A stretch of 64,000 nucleotides of DNA from Mobula hypostoma (GCF_963921235.1 NC_086097.1:138634001-138698000); one strand, 5' to 3'. Positions 37,328 through 51,545 are shown, counted from the stretch's first letter. Notes: generated by a model not told the origin, from the letters alone. Made by a program: numbers and translations.

Positions 37328-38705
37328 ATAACCATACAACAATTACAGCACAGAAACAGGCCATCCCGGCCCTTCTAGTCCATGCCAAGCTCTTACTCTC
37401 ACCTAATCCCACTGACCTGCACTCAGCCCATAACTCTCCATTCCTTTCCTGTCCATATAGCTGTCCAATTTAACTTTAAATGACAACATCAAACCTGCCT
37501 CAACTACTTCTGCTGGAAGCTCGTTCCACACAGCTACAACTCTGTGAGTAAAGAAATTCCCCTTCATGTTACCCCTAAACTTTTGCCCTTTAACTCTCAA
37601 CTCATGTCCTCTTGTTTGAATCTCCCCCACTCTCAATGGAAAAAGCCTATCCACGTCAACTCTATCTATCCCCCTTATAATTTTAAATACCTCTATCAAA
37701 TCCCCCCTCAACCTTCTACACTCCAAAGAATAAAGACCCAACTTGTTCAACCTTTCTCTGTAACTGAGGTGATGAAACAGGTAACATTCTAGTAAACCTA
37801 CTCTGTACTCTTTATTTTCTGGATATCTTTTCTATAATTTGGTGACTAACACTGTACACAATACTCCAAATTTGGCCTCACCAAAGCTTCGTACAATTTC
37901 AACATTACATCCCAACTCCTATACTCAATGCTCTGATTTATAAAGGCCAGCATACCAAAAGCTTTCTTCACCACCCTATCCATAGGAGATTCCACCTTCA
38001 GGGAACTATGCACCATTATTCCTAGATCCCTCTGTTCTACTGCGTTCTTCAATGCCCTACCATTTACCATGTACTATTTTGATTAGTCCTACCAAAATGT
38101 AGTACCTCACATTTATCAGCATTAAACTCCATCTGCCATCTTTCAGCCCACTCTTCTAACTGGCCTAAATCTCTCTGCAGGCTTTGAAAACCTACTTCGT
38201 TATCCACAACTCCACCTATCTAGTATCATCTGCATCCAATTTACCACCCCATCATCCAGATCATTAATGTATATGACAAACAACATTGGACCCAGTACAC
38301 CACTAGTCACCGGCCTCCAATCTGAGAAACAGTTATCCACCACTACTCTCTGGCATCTCCCATCCAGCCACTGCTGAATCCATTTTACTACTTCAATATT
38401 AATACCTAACAATTGAACCTTCCTAACTAACCTTCCGCGTGGAACCTTGTTAAAGGCCTTACTGAAGTCCATATAGACAACATCCACCGCTTTAGCTTTG
38501 TCAACTTTCCTAAATAACCTCTTCAAAAAATTCAATAAGATTTGTCAAACATGACCTTCCACGCACAAATCCATGTTGACTGTTCCTAATCAGACCCTGT
38601 CTATCCAGATAATTATATATACACCATCTCTAAGAATACTTTCCATCAATTTACCCACCACTGATGTCAAACTCACAGGACGATAATTGCTAGATTTACT
38701 CTTAG
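37328..38705 (-). mobile_element. CR1 LINE 3' half (RT), relatively young
   Basis: Minus fragments NYRPVSLTSVVGKLME, YMDFSKAF, LVRPNLEYCVQ, LGLYSLECRRLRGDLIEVFK. Confidence 0.93.
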
Positions 38706-38859
38706 AATGTTCTGCAGGAGGAAGCTGATTATAAATGGTGAAGCATTGTGCCCTGTCATGACTTAAAAGTTTGTAAATGCACTGGATGCAGAGGCTGAGA
38801 TCACAAGGCAAAAACAGTACAGGAATTCACATGGTGCTTAGTTTCAGCAAATAGTGTAA

Positions 38860-39770
38860 ACTTATCAGATGCATATGACACAAAGGTTGGGGGTGTTGTG
38901 GATAATCTGGGTTGTCAGAGGTTACAGCGGGACAGCGATAGGATGCAGAACTGGGCTGAGAAGTGGCAGATGGACTTCAACCCAAATAAGTGTGAAGTGG
39001 TTCATTTTGGTAGGTCAAATTTGAAGACAGAATATAATATAAATGGTAAAACTCTTTGACAGTGTGGAGGATCTGAGAGATCTTGGGGTCTGTGTCAATA
39101 GGACATTCAAAGATGCTGCTCAGGTTGACAGTGTTATTAAGAAGGCGTATGGTCTGTTGGCACTCATCAACCGTGGGTTTGAGTTCAACAGCCATGAGGT
39201 AATGTTACAGCTATATAAGACCTTAATCAGACCCCACTTGGAGTACTGTGTTCAGTTCTGGTTACCTCACTACGGGAAGGATGTGGATACTATAGAGAGA
39301 GTGCAGAGGAGGTTTACAGGGATGTTGACTGGATTGGAGGGTGTACCTTATGAGAATAGGTTGAGTGAACTTGGTCTTTTCTCCTTGGAGCAACAGAGGA
39401 TGAGAGGTGACCTGATAGAGGTGTATAAGATGATTAGGGGCATTGATCGTGTGGATAGTCAGAGGCTTTTTCCCAGGGCTGAAATGGCTAACACGAGGGG
39501 CATAGTTTTAAAGTGCTTGGAAATGGGTACCAAGGGGATGTCAAGGGTAAGTTTTTCACACGGAGTCGTGGGCATGTGGAATGCCTTGCCATCGGCAGTG
39601 GTGGAAGTGAATACAATAGGGTCTCTTAAGAGCCTCATAGTACATGGTGCTTAGAAAAATAGAGGTCTATGTGCTAGGGAAATTCTAGGCAGTCTCTAGA
39701 GTAGGTTACATGGTCGTACAACATTGTGGGCTGAAGTGCCTGTAATGTGCTGTAAATTTCTATGTTCTAT
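38860..39770 (+). mobile_element. CR1 LINE 3' fragment (RT C-terminus and tail)
   Basis: ORF 39043-39654 RDLGV...LIRPHLEYCVQFW...RMRGDLIEVYK. Tail ttctatgttctatg. Confidence 0.93.
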
Positions 39771-41679
39771 GATACAGGTTTCTCTATTCGGCTGTGTGGA
39801 ATTCACATCACTGTCGTATGCATCTGGTGATAAAGTGGGATCTGGCCTGGCATTCTCTTGGCTATCTTCCTCAAAGTAATTTCACTCACTTTTCCTATTG
39901 CCAAATATTGCAAATGATGGAATCCTGATACAAAACAACAAAATGCTGCAGATACTCAGTGACAGCACCTGTGAAGACACAGTTCAGATCAATGGCCTTT
40001 CAGGTGAAACATTAAACCTGTTTCTCTCCATACACGCTGCCTGCCCTATTGAGTATTTCTAGCATTTTCATTTTACTGTTTTGTTTGAAAATGGTTCACT
40101 GGGTAGAATTCCTCTAGTTCATTGGGAAGTTCAGGGAGATGAACAAGACCTCCAAATGATAGCCCGGGATCACTTTGGAATCATCTCTTCAGAGGAGTTG
40201 TTTCTCCTTAAACAGTTGACCCTTTCAGTTAGACATTGATGAAGCAAAGCATCTTCTGATCTTCTCTAAGCTGTTACAGCTTTGGATTTGGAAACTACTG
40301 GTGGAGAAGGTTAGATGAGTGACATTATGCATTATATGCTGCACCTTGTTGATGGAGTGGGTCTATGTTCATGGAAGTGGCTGCACCAATTACATGGGCT
40401 ACTTGGCACTGGATGGTGATGACCTTGTGTGGAGAGAATCCATTGACTTGTAGCTTATGGATGGTGGTGCCTCTTGTTGCAGGGTGCCCAGCTTCTGATC
40501 AACTCTCCACACCGCTGTGTGGCTGATCCAGTTATAATGACAGAGTTTAGGATGTTAATTCCATGATGACATACACTGAATACCAGAAGAGACTGTCGGG
40601 TACTTGTTGGAAGTAGTCATTGTGTGTCCCATAAATCAGACAGGGATGGACCAGGTTATTCACTAGCTCTGTCTGTGAGCAAGACCCCCTCATCAGTGTT
40701 AGCAGATCTCTAGGCAGAATCCATGGTTCTTCTGTATTGCAGAGGGAAATTTATAAATTGTTGGGTCTAGAATACCATGCTGAAATACTCCAGTTGTGAG
40801 GTCCTGGGGCTGCGCTTTGTGTGGGGTGCTGTGCAAGGGGTGTGGAGTTTATCTTGGCCTCTACTGATTTCAGTTTCATTGGAGCTGTCTGGTGCCCCAA
40901 GCACTGCTTCTGGGGCAGGTTCCAATTTATAATCCATCTTGTGCATTCCAAGTCCTCAGAAATAACCATTAAGGCATAGTGGCACTCAACAAATGTACAA
41001 GAGGCATTTAGGTAGAGAATGGAGGGGTACGGGTCCTGTGCAGACACTGTGCCATTTAAATTGTCGGCTTGGTTGGCATGGACATTGTGGGCTGAAAGGC
41101 CTATTCTGATACAGTACTGTTCTTCATGTTTTTATTAATTGTAGCTGTTTGTAGGTCCTGCTTTGTAAAGGTTGGCCACTGTTTCCTGCATCTCCAAATT
41201 CTAAACAGAATTCATTGGCCGTTGCATGTTTTGAGGTTCTGCTCTCTCCACATCTCAGCTGTTGGCCCATTATATTTAAATATTTTACAGCAAGAAAGAT
41301 TTGATTTTATTCATTGCCAAAGCTTCATTAACACCATGCTAGTGATTTTTAGGTGTGAATGAACAGGAAGCCATTCAGCTGACCAGGACTTAGTTTTCCA
41401 ATTAATCCCACTCAACTTCTTTCCCATAAACAGGTTTTTCCTTCTCAGTGTTTATCCAATTCCCTTCTGGAAGATGCTGGTGACTCTACTTCCTCTAACC
41501 TTTTTGCTGAAGCATCCCACATCATAACACCCACTGTGTACAAGCATCATCTATTGTCTACCCACCTAAGCAGGGATCCATTCCATTTATCATTATCATT
41601 GTCTTTTGGGTATTCTCACCCTCCTGCAGTTTCACTGGCCCTTGTCAAGTTGCATCCAAGCTTCCCTTTAGGATCTGGT

Positions 41680-43750
41680 TTATTATCACTGTCTTGTACA
41701 ATGTGAAATTAGGTGTTTTGCAGCAATAGTACAGTGCCAAATACATAAAATTACTATAAATTACAAAAAAGTGGAATAATGGCTTGGTGTTCTTGAACTG
41801 TTCACAAATGTGATGGTGGGGACCAGTGGGTAGAAGCTTTTTCTGAATTATTAAGTGTGTGCCTTTGTGGTCCTCCCTGATGGTAGGAAGAAGAAGAGGG
41901 TAGGGCCAAATGGATTTAATAATGGGTGTTGCCTTCTTGAGGCACTGCCTCTTGAAAATCACCTAGATGGTGGGGAGGATTGTGTCCATGTTGGAGCTGC
42001 TGAGTCTACAGCCCTCTGCAGCTTTTTGCAATCCTCTGCATCTCTGCTTCCATACCAAGGTACGATGCAACCAGTCAGAACCCTCCACCGTATATCTGTA
42101 GAAATTTGTGTCTTTGGTGACACACCAAGTATTAAGATCAGATTTAATATCACTGGCATATGTCATGATATCTGTTGTTATACGGCAGCAGTACATTGCA
42201 ATGCATAATAAAAATTGATATATATAGTTAAATACGTAGTGCGAAAAGAGGGAAGTAGTGAGGTAGTGTTCATGGGTTCAATATCCATTCAGAAATGGCA
42301 GAGGAGGATAAAGCAAGTCCTGAATTGTTGTGTGTGTGTCTTAAGGCTCCTGTACCAGCTCCCTGATGGTACCAATGAGAAGAGGTCACATCCTGGATGG
42401 TGGGGGTCCTTAATGATGGATGCAGCCTTTTTGAGGCATTGCTTCTTGAAGATGTCCTGGATGCTGGGGAGGCCAGTGCCCATAATGGATCTGACAGCAT
42501 TCTCAAACTTCTACAGTTTATTTCGATCCTGTGCCAGACAGTGATGCAGCCAGTGGCTCCACAGTATTTTTGGTGACAGTCCAAATCTCCTCAAACTCCT
42601 AATGAAATAAGCTGCTGTCATGCCTTTTTTGTAACTATCAATATGTTGAGCCCAGAATAGATCCTTAGAAATGTTGACACCCAGGAGCTTGAAATTGCTC
42701 ATCTTTTCCACTTCTGATCTCCATGAGGACAGGTGTGTGTTCCCTTGTCTTACCCTTTCTGAAGTCCACAATCAAATCTTCGGTCTTACTGATGTTGAGT
42801 GCAAGGTTCTTGCTGTGACACCACAACCAGATGATCTATCTTGCTCACCATCTGAAATTTTGCCCACAATAGCTATGTCATAAACAAGTTTATAGATAAC
42901 ATTTGAGCTGTGCCTAGCCACACAATCATGGGTGTCGAGCAGTGGGCTAAACACACATCCTTGAGGTGCACCAGTGTTGAATATCAATGAGAGAGAGATG
43001 TTATATCCGATCTACGCAGACTGTGGTCTTCCAGTGAGGAAGTCGAGGGTCCAGTTGCAGTGGGAGCTACGAAGGCCCAGGCTTTGGAGCTTTTTGAACT
43101 GTAGGAATGACAGTTAAATGCTGAGCTGTATTTCAATAAACAGCAGCCTGACATAAGTATTAGTATCCTCAAACTCCTAATGAAGTAGAACCACTGGTGT
43201 GCCATTTTTGTGACTGCATCAATATGTTTGTCCGGGAGAGATCCTGAGATATTGACACTAGGAGCTTAAAGCCGCTCACCGTTTCCATCACTGACCCCTC
43301 AATAAGGACCGGTGTGTGTTCTCCAACTTCCACTTCCTGAACCCACAGTCAATTCTTTGGTCTTGCTGACATTGAGTCCAAGGTTGTTGTTGTGACACCA
43401 GTGAATTAACAACCTACCGCTCCTGTATGCCTCCTTGTTGCCATCTGAGATTTTACCAACAAGAGTGGATATTTGCAAATTTATAAATGGCAATTAAGCT
43501 GTGCCTAGCCACAGTTCTGGGTGTAGTGCTGTGAGTTAAGCACATCTCCGTGAAGTTCACCTCATTTTATCATCAGAAGGAGACGTTATCACTGATCCAG
43601 ATTGACTGGTCTGATAAAGTCAAGAACCCAGTTGGAGAGAGAGGGAGAGAGAGGCACAGAGGCCCAGGTTTATAAGGTTGTTGATTAATACTGAGGCGAT
43701 AATGGCGTTGAATACTGAGCTGTAGTCAAACAGCAACCTGACATGCTTTA
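41680..43750 (-). mobile_element. Cluster of nested Rex1/Babar-like LINE fragments
   Basis: Minus fragments NTGAPQGCVFSPLL, LNVSKTKEL, LTGCIVPWYGS...KKLQRAV, CLKKAASIIKDPHHPG, several seen two or three times. Confidence 0.8.
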
Positions 43751-46700
43751 CAGTTGGCTGTGGGACTATGTTTAGAACTCCTCTTAACCTTCTCAGCTTT
43801 GGGAGAGTTACCCACATTGTGCACTATTATTATCAGAGGGTGATTAAATCTAAAAGCAAAACGCTGCAGATGATGGAAAGCAGAGATAAAAAACATCGCA
43901 GGGAACACGGGCAGCAGCTGTAGAAAGGGAAGCAGGGCCATAAGGAGGGCTAAGCCGGGGTCAAGGGTGAAGGTGTAGTAGGTGCTTGGAAATTAATCGA
44001 TTGATTTTGTTTAAGCCTCACTTGGTCCAGACACCAACTCTTAAAAAAGATAATGGGGCTCTGAAAAATGGAGAGGTTTACCATGGGAGTCCCAGGAAGC
44101 ATGAGACTATAGCTGTGCAGATACTGGAGAAGCCAGGGTAGATCATGGAGCAGAGGGGAAGGAGATTTAAAGGAAGCAATGGTTTTAGTAGTCATTGATA
44201 ACCTATGTCTGACGTTGGAGGACATTGATCAAAGAATATTGCTGATGAAAACGAAGAAGAAAGGAGGAGAGAGTATTGTGATCTGGAAACTGCTCAGCTG
44301 GAACTTTGAATAGGGGAACTGGATAAATGCATGAAGCATGTGCAGGGAAGAACATAAGGTGGAGATAATTGGAGCATTCTTTCAATGGACTAGCGCAGGT
44401 CTAATGGGCTGAATAGTGGTTTGTTCAGTAAGGTTTATTGAGTTGTTGTTTTATGATAACTAATGCAGTGAATGAAATACCTTGAGCACATTGAGGGTGT
44501 GTTCAGTGCTGTGGTGAGGAGATGAGAGGTTTCATCTTTGGAAGCATTTATTTCAAAGCTGCCTTCTGTTTTATTTTTGTGATAGTTCACCCACACGGAA
44601 GGGTAAGTCTGTAGCCCTGAAAGAAGGTTCTGTGTGGCACAGATGTAGCGTGGGGTAATCAAAGCTCTTGATGTGAGTATTTCACACTCCCAGCCATAAG
44701 CTATGGCACGAATTGAACAGATTGGGAGGTTTATAAATACATATGTACAGCACCAATTGACAGTTTGATAGTGAGACTCAGGAAGAGAATTACTCGACCA
44801 CATGTTCACAGACCTGATCTAATTCTGTCAGCAGGGACACTTCAATGCAATGTCATGAAGCACAGAGTATCAGCACAATGACAGCGTTCTCTGAAAACTA
44901 GAACATGCAAAGTGAACACTACTGTGCACTTTGCAATCCTTGGACTGATGTTGAGAAGCCCGTGCCCAGACAAGGACTTTTCTCTACTTAAACTTGGAGG
45001 GGCTGGTGAGGGAACACTGGAATGGGATTGAGGTGTAACAGAACTTCAGGTGGCCTTGTGATCAGATTTAAAAATTCAGGAATGTCTGGCCTAAAGGACC
45101 GGCGGATTTGCCTGGATGCTGACATGATGGGCACTTGACAGGCGGTCAGGAATGGTAGGCTATGTTGTGAGAGAAATCAATAATTGAACACCCATCCTTA
45201 GCTCAGTGACCAGATACCTATGCTCTGGCTTACTGAAAAGAAGCTCTGTTAGCCTACCTTTCCTGGGATCTTCCATAATTATGTGAGCACATGAGTGCCT
45301 GCAATCTTCTATCCAACGAGATTGTGTTCAGTTCCCTTCAAAAGGTTGGTACAAATCATTATCCACTGTATACCTGAGTACTGGGCTCAGGCCTTTAAGC
45401 TTTAGCAGCGTGGCCTCTATTTCCTTCTCCACACTCAGCAGATGTGACAAGATTTGACAACCAATATAAAAGTTTTACAGCCTTCATCCAGGTTAGCTCT
45501 TTGCTTCCCTTTTAATGCTCCATATGAGGGTCCAAGAATGGTGTTGCCCTTGGACCATCCACCATTCAGGGAAATCTTGCCTCTTTATGCCCCCCTGGGT
45601 GCGTATCTTTCAGGAGCCATTGTAACGTCCCCCAAGATTGAGAGGGGAGTCACTGCTCAGAAAGTAAACTATTCACTCCTCTTGGAAATTTTCATGTTTT
45701 ATTGTTTTACAACATTGAATCACAGTAGATTTAATTTGGCTTTTTTTAAAAAAACACTGATCAAAAGAAAAAGACTCGTGTCAAAGTGAAAACAGATCTC
45801 TACAAAATGAGCTAAATTAATTACAAATATCGATAACTAAATAATTGCTTAAATATTTGCCCCCTTTAATACGACACACCAAATCATTACCAGTGCAGCT
45901 AATTGGTTTTAGAAGTCACATAATTTGTTAAATGGAGATCACCTGTGCACAGTCAAGGTGTTTCAATTGATCGTAGTAAAAATACACCTGTATCTGGAAG
46001 ATCCTACTGCTGATGAGTCGGTATCCTGACAAAAACAAACAAATACTCCAAACAACTATGTGAAAAGGTTATTGAAAAACACAAACAGGAGAGGATACAA
46101 GAAAATTCCCAAGTCACTGAATATCCCTTGGAATACAGTTAAGTCAGTTATCAAGAAATAGAAAGAATATTGCACAGCTGTAAATCTGCCTGGAGCAGGC
46201 TGTCATGACCATGCAAGAAGAGGACTAGTGAGAGAGGCCACCAAGAGACCTATGACAACTCTGGAGGAGTTAAAAGCTTCAGTGGCTGAGATGGGAGAGA
46301 CTGTGCAGACAACAACTGTTGCCCAGATGCTTCACCAGTCACAGCTTTATGGGAGAGTGGTAAAGAGAGAGCCACTGTTGGAAAAAAACTCACATGAATC
46401 TTGGCTAAAGTTTGCCAGAAGGCATGTGGGAGACTCTGAAGTCAGCAGGAAGAAGGTTCTATGGTCTGATGAAACCAATTTGAGCTTTTTGGCCACCAGA
46501 CTAAATCCTATGTTTGGCATAAGCCAAACACCACACATCATCAAAAACACACCATCCCTACCATGAAGCACGGTGGTGTTGGCATCATGCTGTGGGGATG
46601 CTTCACTGCAGTAGGCCCTGGAAGTATTGTGAAGGTAGAGGGTGAAAGCAAAATACAGGGAAATCCTGGAAGAAAACCTGATGCGGTCTGTGAGAGAACT

Positions 46701-46823
46701 GCGACTTGGGAGAAGACTGGTTTTCCAGCAAGACAATGACCCCAAGCATAAAGCTAAAACTACACAGGAATGGCTTAAAAACAACAAGTTAATGTCCTGG
46801 AGTGGTCAAGTCAGAGATAAGAC

Positions 46824-47852
46824 CAGGGATGGCCAACCTATGGTGCATGTGCCAAAAGTGGCATATTGGATGATTAGAAGTGGCACATTGCACCCCAGTG
46901 ATAATAATAAAAAAGTAAGCCTACTCATGCAAAAAGTATTAACCCAAAACCAATTTGTAGAAAAAAAATCTATAACAGGAATTCCAGTAGCTTAGAGCTA
47001 GAAATGGGTTTTACTGAGAATAAATGTAAAACTTAGCAATTATTTTTAGCGATTTTATTATTTTGTGTACATCTTTTGGCAAACGTTACCTTCTTTCACA
47101 TTAATCTGTTTTCATTTTAAAAAAATGTTCAATGAGTCAAACTAGGAAAGAAGGACTTTTGTTCTGCAGTCATTCCATAACTGTTCAATACACGTTTGAT
47201 ACTTGTTTGATCCTAAGGCGCCAGGCGTCTGCACCAGCGGTGCGTCACAGGTTTTTGCCAGTCAGTTTACAATTGACACTCATGCGCTACGGAGTTGTGC
47301 TTTGTTCGTCCTTTGTGAACATTTGCTGTTTCGTACTTTTTCGAAAATTAAGCCTTGTTTTTACATTCAGTTACCCATCACAGTGCAAAAGAAAATCAGA
47401 AAGTGATAGTAAGCGTGAATTTGATGAACAGTGGGAAAATGAGTTCTTATTTATAGCAGGTACGTCAGGAAAACCGTTGTGCATTGCTTGTGAAAACATT
47501 TCTCACATAATAGAAGACAAGACCTTAATAGACACTATAAAACACAACATCAGACTGAAATAGAAGGAAAACTGAAGCTAGTACTTGGGTCTGAGTTACA
47601 GAAAGAATATGTGATTAAGAAGAAGAAAGAAATCAAAAGAAGGCAAAATATATTTGTTAAAAGAAGTCGAATTAAGGTAAGTAATGTTTATCTTGTTTTT
47701 ATATTAAATCAATATATCATGTAAAAATGCTAAATATGTCTATATTAACATATTTTTACAAGAAATGAATGGGGTACAAGAGTTGTATGGCGCATCTGAA
47801 CTCGTGTGTGAAAAAAATTGATGCATGGAATGTAAAAGGTTGGCCACCCCTG
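46824..47852 (+). mobile_element. Non-autonomous hAT (SPIN/Charlie-like) element nested in the Tc1
   Basis: TIRs cagggatggccaacct / aggttggccacccctg. Flanks gataagac/gtctagac (degenerate 8-bp TSD). BED-finger remnant KRKSESDSKREFDEQWENEFLF...KPLCIAC. Confidence 0.85.
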
Positions 47853-48120
47853 GTCTAGACTTTAATCCAATTGAGAATTTGTGGCTGGACTTGAAAAGGG
47901 CTGTTCACTCATGATCCCCATGCAATCTGACAGAGCTTGAGCAGTTTCGTTAAGAAGAATGGGGAAAAATTACAGTGTCCAGATGTGCAAAGCTGATAGA
48001 GACCTATCCACACAGACTCAAAGCTGTAATTGCTGCCAAAGTTGCACCTACTAAATACTGACTTGAAGGGAGTGAGTAATTATGCAATCAATTATTTTGT
48101 GTTTGATTATTGTCATAAAT

Positions 48121-48875
48121 TTCCAAAGGTTTCAGAGGAACATTTAATGTCAGAAAAATGTATACAATATACATCCTGAAATGTGTTTTCTTCACAACTA
48201 TTCATGCAAACAGAGGAGTTCCCCAAAGAATGAATGGCAGTTAAATGTTAGAACCCCAAAGTCCACCCCCCCCAGCTCCCCTCCATCTCGCGTGTAAGCG
48301 GGAGCAAGCAACAATCTCGCCTTCCACCATTGGCAAAAAAAATGCATTGGCATCCATCACTGAGCACTCAAGTGTGCAGCAAAGCCACAGCAAAGACACA
48401 GACTTGCAGTACTCCAAAGACTATGCATTCACCCGGTATTCGACATACCACAGGCTCTCTCTCTCCCTAATAAGGGAGAAAGAGATGTCTCTGTTTCACA
48501 GTGAGAGTGGAGACATAGCAAACAACTTGCTGGTTTATGATGTTAAAAAGTCCACTGTGTGGCTTTTTCTGAGCTCTGTGCCCAAAGATCTCAGGTCTCT
48601 GGGCACACAGCCAAAGATCTTCCGGCTCCCACGACACACCGGTCTGTCGGGACACCGACCTTCGATCCACCCATCTCCAGAGCCCCAAGATCCTAGGCGT
48701 CCAAAAGCGAGCTGAACTCTTAGACTGTGCCCTTGGCATGTCGGATAATGGTCGGTCATGAAATCCCGAGAGTGGGTCCCATTCCCACAAAGAACCATAG
48801 TCAGCGTGTAACTCCAGGTCAGGGTCTTCAAAAGAACCCTGAAAGGGAAAAATAGCGATATTATATTCGGACCAT
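48121..48875 (-). mobile_element. Unclassified non-coding retroposon nested in the Tc1
   Basis: Interrupts the Tc1 right arm. CpG-rich body; the minus-strand 3' end has cattaaatg followed by a short aacctttg-type tail. No coding homology recognised. Confidence 0.6.
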
Positions 48876-49323
48876 TTTATGGAAATTCGTTTTCACTTTG
48901 ACACAAAAGAGTCTTTTCTGTTGATCGGTGTCAAAAAAGCCACTGTGATTCAATGCTCTAAAACAATAAAATGTGAAAACTTCCGAGGGAGGGTGGGAAT
49001 ACTTTTTATAGGCACTGCAACTTGCTTGCATACATTGAATGGCACAAGATCTTGCTGTTCCTTCTCTGCATTATTAGGGCAACTCTGGTGCACTAGTTGG
49101 GTGAAGTTGGTCCTGACCCAATGTTGCTTATGCTGCTCTTGAAGAGAGGAAATATCTACTAGAAAGGAGTTGGTATTTAGACCCACCTCCAGCCACAATC
49201 AGGCTGAAGCTGGCTTGTTCCTCCAACCCATTCACCCACAGTTGCTATCTGAAAATATCCATTCAGGCTTCAGATAGTGAATGGGTGACCACCAGGAGAA
49301 GTAAGGGGACTGGCCATTCCCAT

Positions 49324-49460
49324 CAGCCTGCTGAAGGGTTTCAGCCCAAAACATTGACTGTACATTTTTCCATAGATGCTGCCTGGCCTGCTGAGTTCCT
49401 CCAGCATTTTGTGTTTGTTGCTCGTGTTTCCAGTATCTGCAGACATTCTCTTGTCTGTGA
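49324..49460 (+). mobile_element. Penelope-derived hammerhead-like tail unit
   Basis: cctgctgaagggtttcagcccaaaacattgactg...gatgctgcctggcctgctgagttcctccagc...tctgcagacattctcttgtctg. Confidence 0.75.
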
Positions 49461-49759
49461 TTTGATAGCCCTTTGTATGCTGCTGTGGGGGAATGATCCA
49501 CCTGGGCACAGCGGCAACAGCCAGGCCGGTGGCACTGTGGCCAGTTCTGAGGCTCAGCAGGGAAGGGTAAAGTCAGGCAGAGCGATGGTGATAATTTGGG
49601 GGATGGACAGGAAATTCTGTGGCTGCGAAATAGATGCCAGGATGGTGTTTTGCCTCCAGGTGCTGGCGTCAAGGATGTCTCAAAGTGGCTGCAGAATATT
49701 CTCAAGAGGGAGGGTGAGCAGCCAAAAGTCGTGGTGCACTTTGGTACCAATGACTTATA

Positions 49760-50187
49760 ACAATATGCAGAAGTCTTAGGACTATATGTATGTATCCTGA
49801 TTCTGATATGGGTCTATATTGTGGACTGAGAGTTGGAAGGGAGAGGGGAATTTTTTTAGGGAAAGTGGGAAGGGAGAGAGGAGGGAGCAGGAGGCATAAG
49901 ACAGAGATACTCTGTAATGATCAATAAACCAATTGTTTGGAATCAAATGACCTTGCACGATGTCCCAGTTCTGGGTGTGTCTGTACCCACACCACCCCCT
50001 GTCCCTGGCACTCCTTCTCTGCCACCTGCCCCACACCCTTCCCGTGGCATTCCCCCCTCGACATTCCCAACATCCAGATTTACAAAATCGCTCTCCACTC
50101 CACCTTGACAAATACAATACTGTGTAAAAGCACCAGGCACCCTGGCTATATATATGTATATGTACCTAAGACTTTTGCACAGTACTG
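49760..50187. mobile_element. Composite Tc1-type MITE insertion
   Basis: Ends related to cagtactgtgcaaaagtcttaggcac (right end cctaagacttttgcacagtactg-TA). A second left end at about 50115 defines a ~70-bp mini element. Same TIR family as 35455. Confidence 0.6.
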
Positions 50188-50268
50188 TAGGTGGAAAGGG
50201 GAAGAGGTCCTGTGCAGTGAGTATATGGAATTAGGGGAAAAGCTAAGGAGCAATGCCTCCAAGGTAGT

Positions 50269-50353
50269 TGTCGTGGTTGTGGCTATCCCTCGAGGTCGAG
50301 GATGGTGGTCTTCATTCCTCTGATCTATTTATGGGCTCTCAAGTGAAGATCTG
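50269..50353 (-). mobile_element. Short retroposon (RTE-like) tail insertion
   Basis: Interrupts CR1 ORF1. aggtagt duplicated at 50262-50268 and 50354-50360. Family assignment is tentative. Confidence 0.55.
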
Positions 50354-51311
50354 AGGTAGTAATCTCTGGATTGCTCCAGTGTCTTGTGCTAGTCTGGACA
50401 GGAATAGGATGATAATACAGATGAATAAGCAGCTGAGGAACTGGTGCAGGGGACAGGGTTTCAGGTTCTTGGATCATTGGAACCTCTCCGGGGGCCGAGG
50501 TGACCTAAACAAAAAGGATCGGCTATATCTGAACCAATATCCCTATGGGCAGGTCTGCTGGAGCTGCTGGGGAAAGTTTAAACTAACTTGGCAGGGGGTG
50601 GGGACCCGAGTGAAAGTGCTGAGGATGGGGCCGTTGGTGTACAAGTAGATGGAGTCTGCGCTGAGACAGTGAGGAAGGAAAGGCAGACGATAGGGAAAAA
50701 TTGCAATCAGTTGGATGGGTTGAGGGGTCACATGGGGGAAAATTCAAAAACAGTGATGAACGCAGGGTTGGTGGTGTTATATTTGAATGCACACAGTATA
50801 CAGAATAAGATCTTGAAGTTCAGTTAGAGATCAGCAGGTATGATGCTGTGGACATCACTGAGTTGTGGCTGAAAGAAGGTCGTTGTTGGGAGTTTAACAT
50901 CCAAGGATATACATTGTGCCAAAAGGATAGGCAGGTAGGCAGAGGGGGTGGAGAGGCTCCATTGGACAAAAATGAAATCAAATGATTAGAAAGAGGTGAC
51001 ACAGGATCAGAAGATCTAGAATCCTTGTGGGTAGAGCTAAGAAACTGCAAGGGTAAAAAGATCCTGATGGGAATTATATACAGACCTCCAAACAGTAGCC
51101 AGGATGTGGGATACAAATTACAATGGGAGATAGACAAGGCAGGAGAAAAGGACTTATGATGTTCATGGGGAACATGGAGATAGACAAGGCAGGAGAAAAG
51201 GGCCTATGATGTTCATGGGGAATTTCAATATGCAGGTAGATTGGGAAAATCAGGTTGGTGCTGGATCCTAAGTGAGGGAATTTGTTGACTACTTACAAGA
51301 TGGCTTTTTAG

Positions 51312-51545
51312 CAACACACACAAAATGCTGGAGCAAGTCAGCAGGCCAGGCAGCTTCTATGGAAAAGAGTACAGTCAACATTTCAGGCCAAGACCCTTCA
51401 GCACTGCCGAAGTCCTGTTGAAGGGTCTCAGCCGGAAACGTCAACTATCCTCTTTTCCATAGATCCTGCCTGGTCTGTTGAGTTCCTCCAGCATTTTGTG
51501 TGCATTGCTTGGATTTCCAGCATCTGCAGATTTTCTCTTGTTTGC
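51312..51545. mobile_element. Head-to-head inverted pair of Penelope-derived hammerhead-like units
   Basis: Minus unit about 51312-51402 and plus unit about 51411-51545. TSD gatggctttttag at 51299-51311 and 51546-51558. Confidence 0.88.

Larger units (their letters stand above)
45658..49017 (+). mobile_element. Tc1-like transposon with two nested insertions
   Basis: [33 protein letters not shown], with the remainder resuming at 47853. Right TIR ends aatactttttataggcactg; left and right subterminal sequences are inverted. Confidence 0.88.

Noticed and set aside
39043..39654. 203-aa ORF as a host gene
   Set aside because: It is the CR1 RT C-terminus, 5'-truncated and frameshifted near its end.
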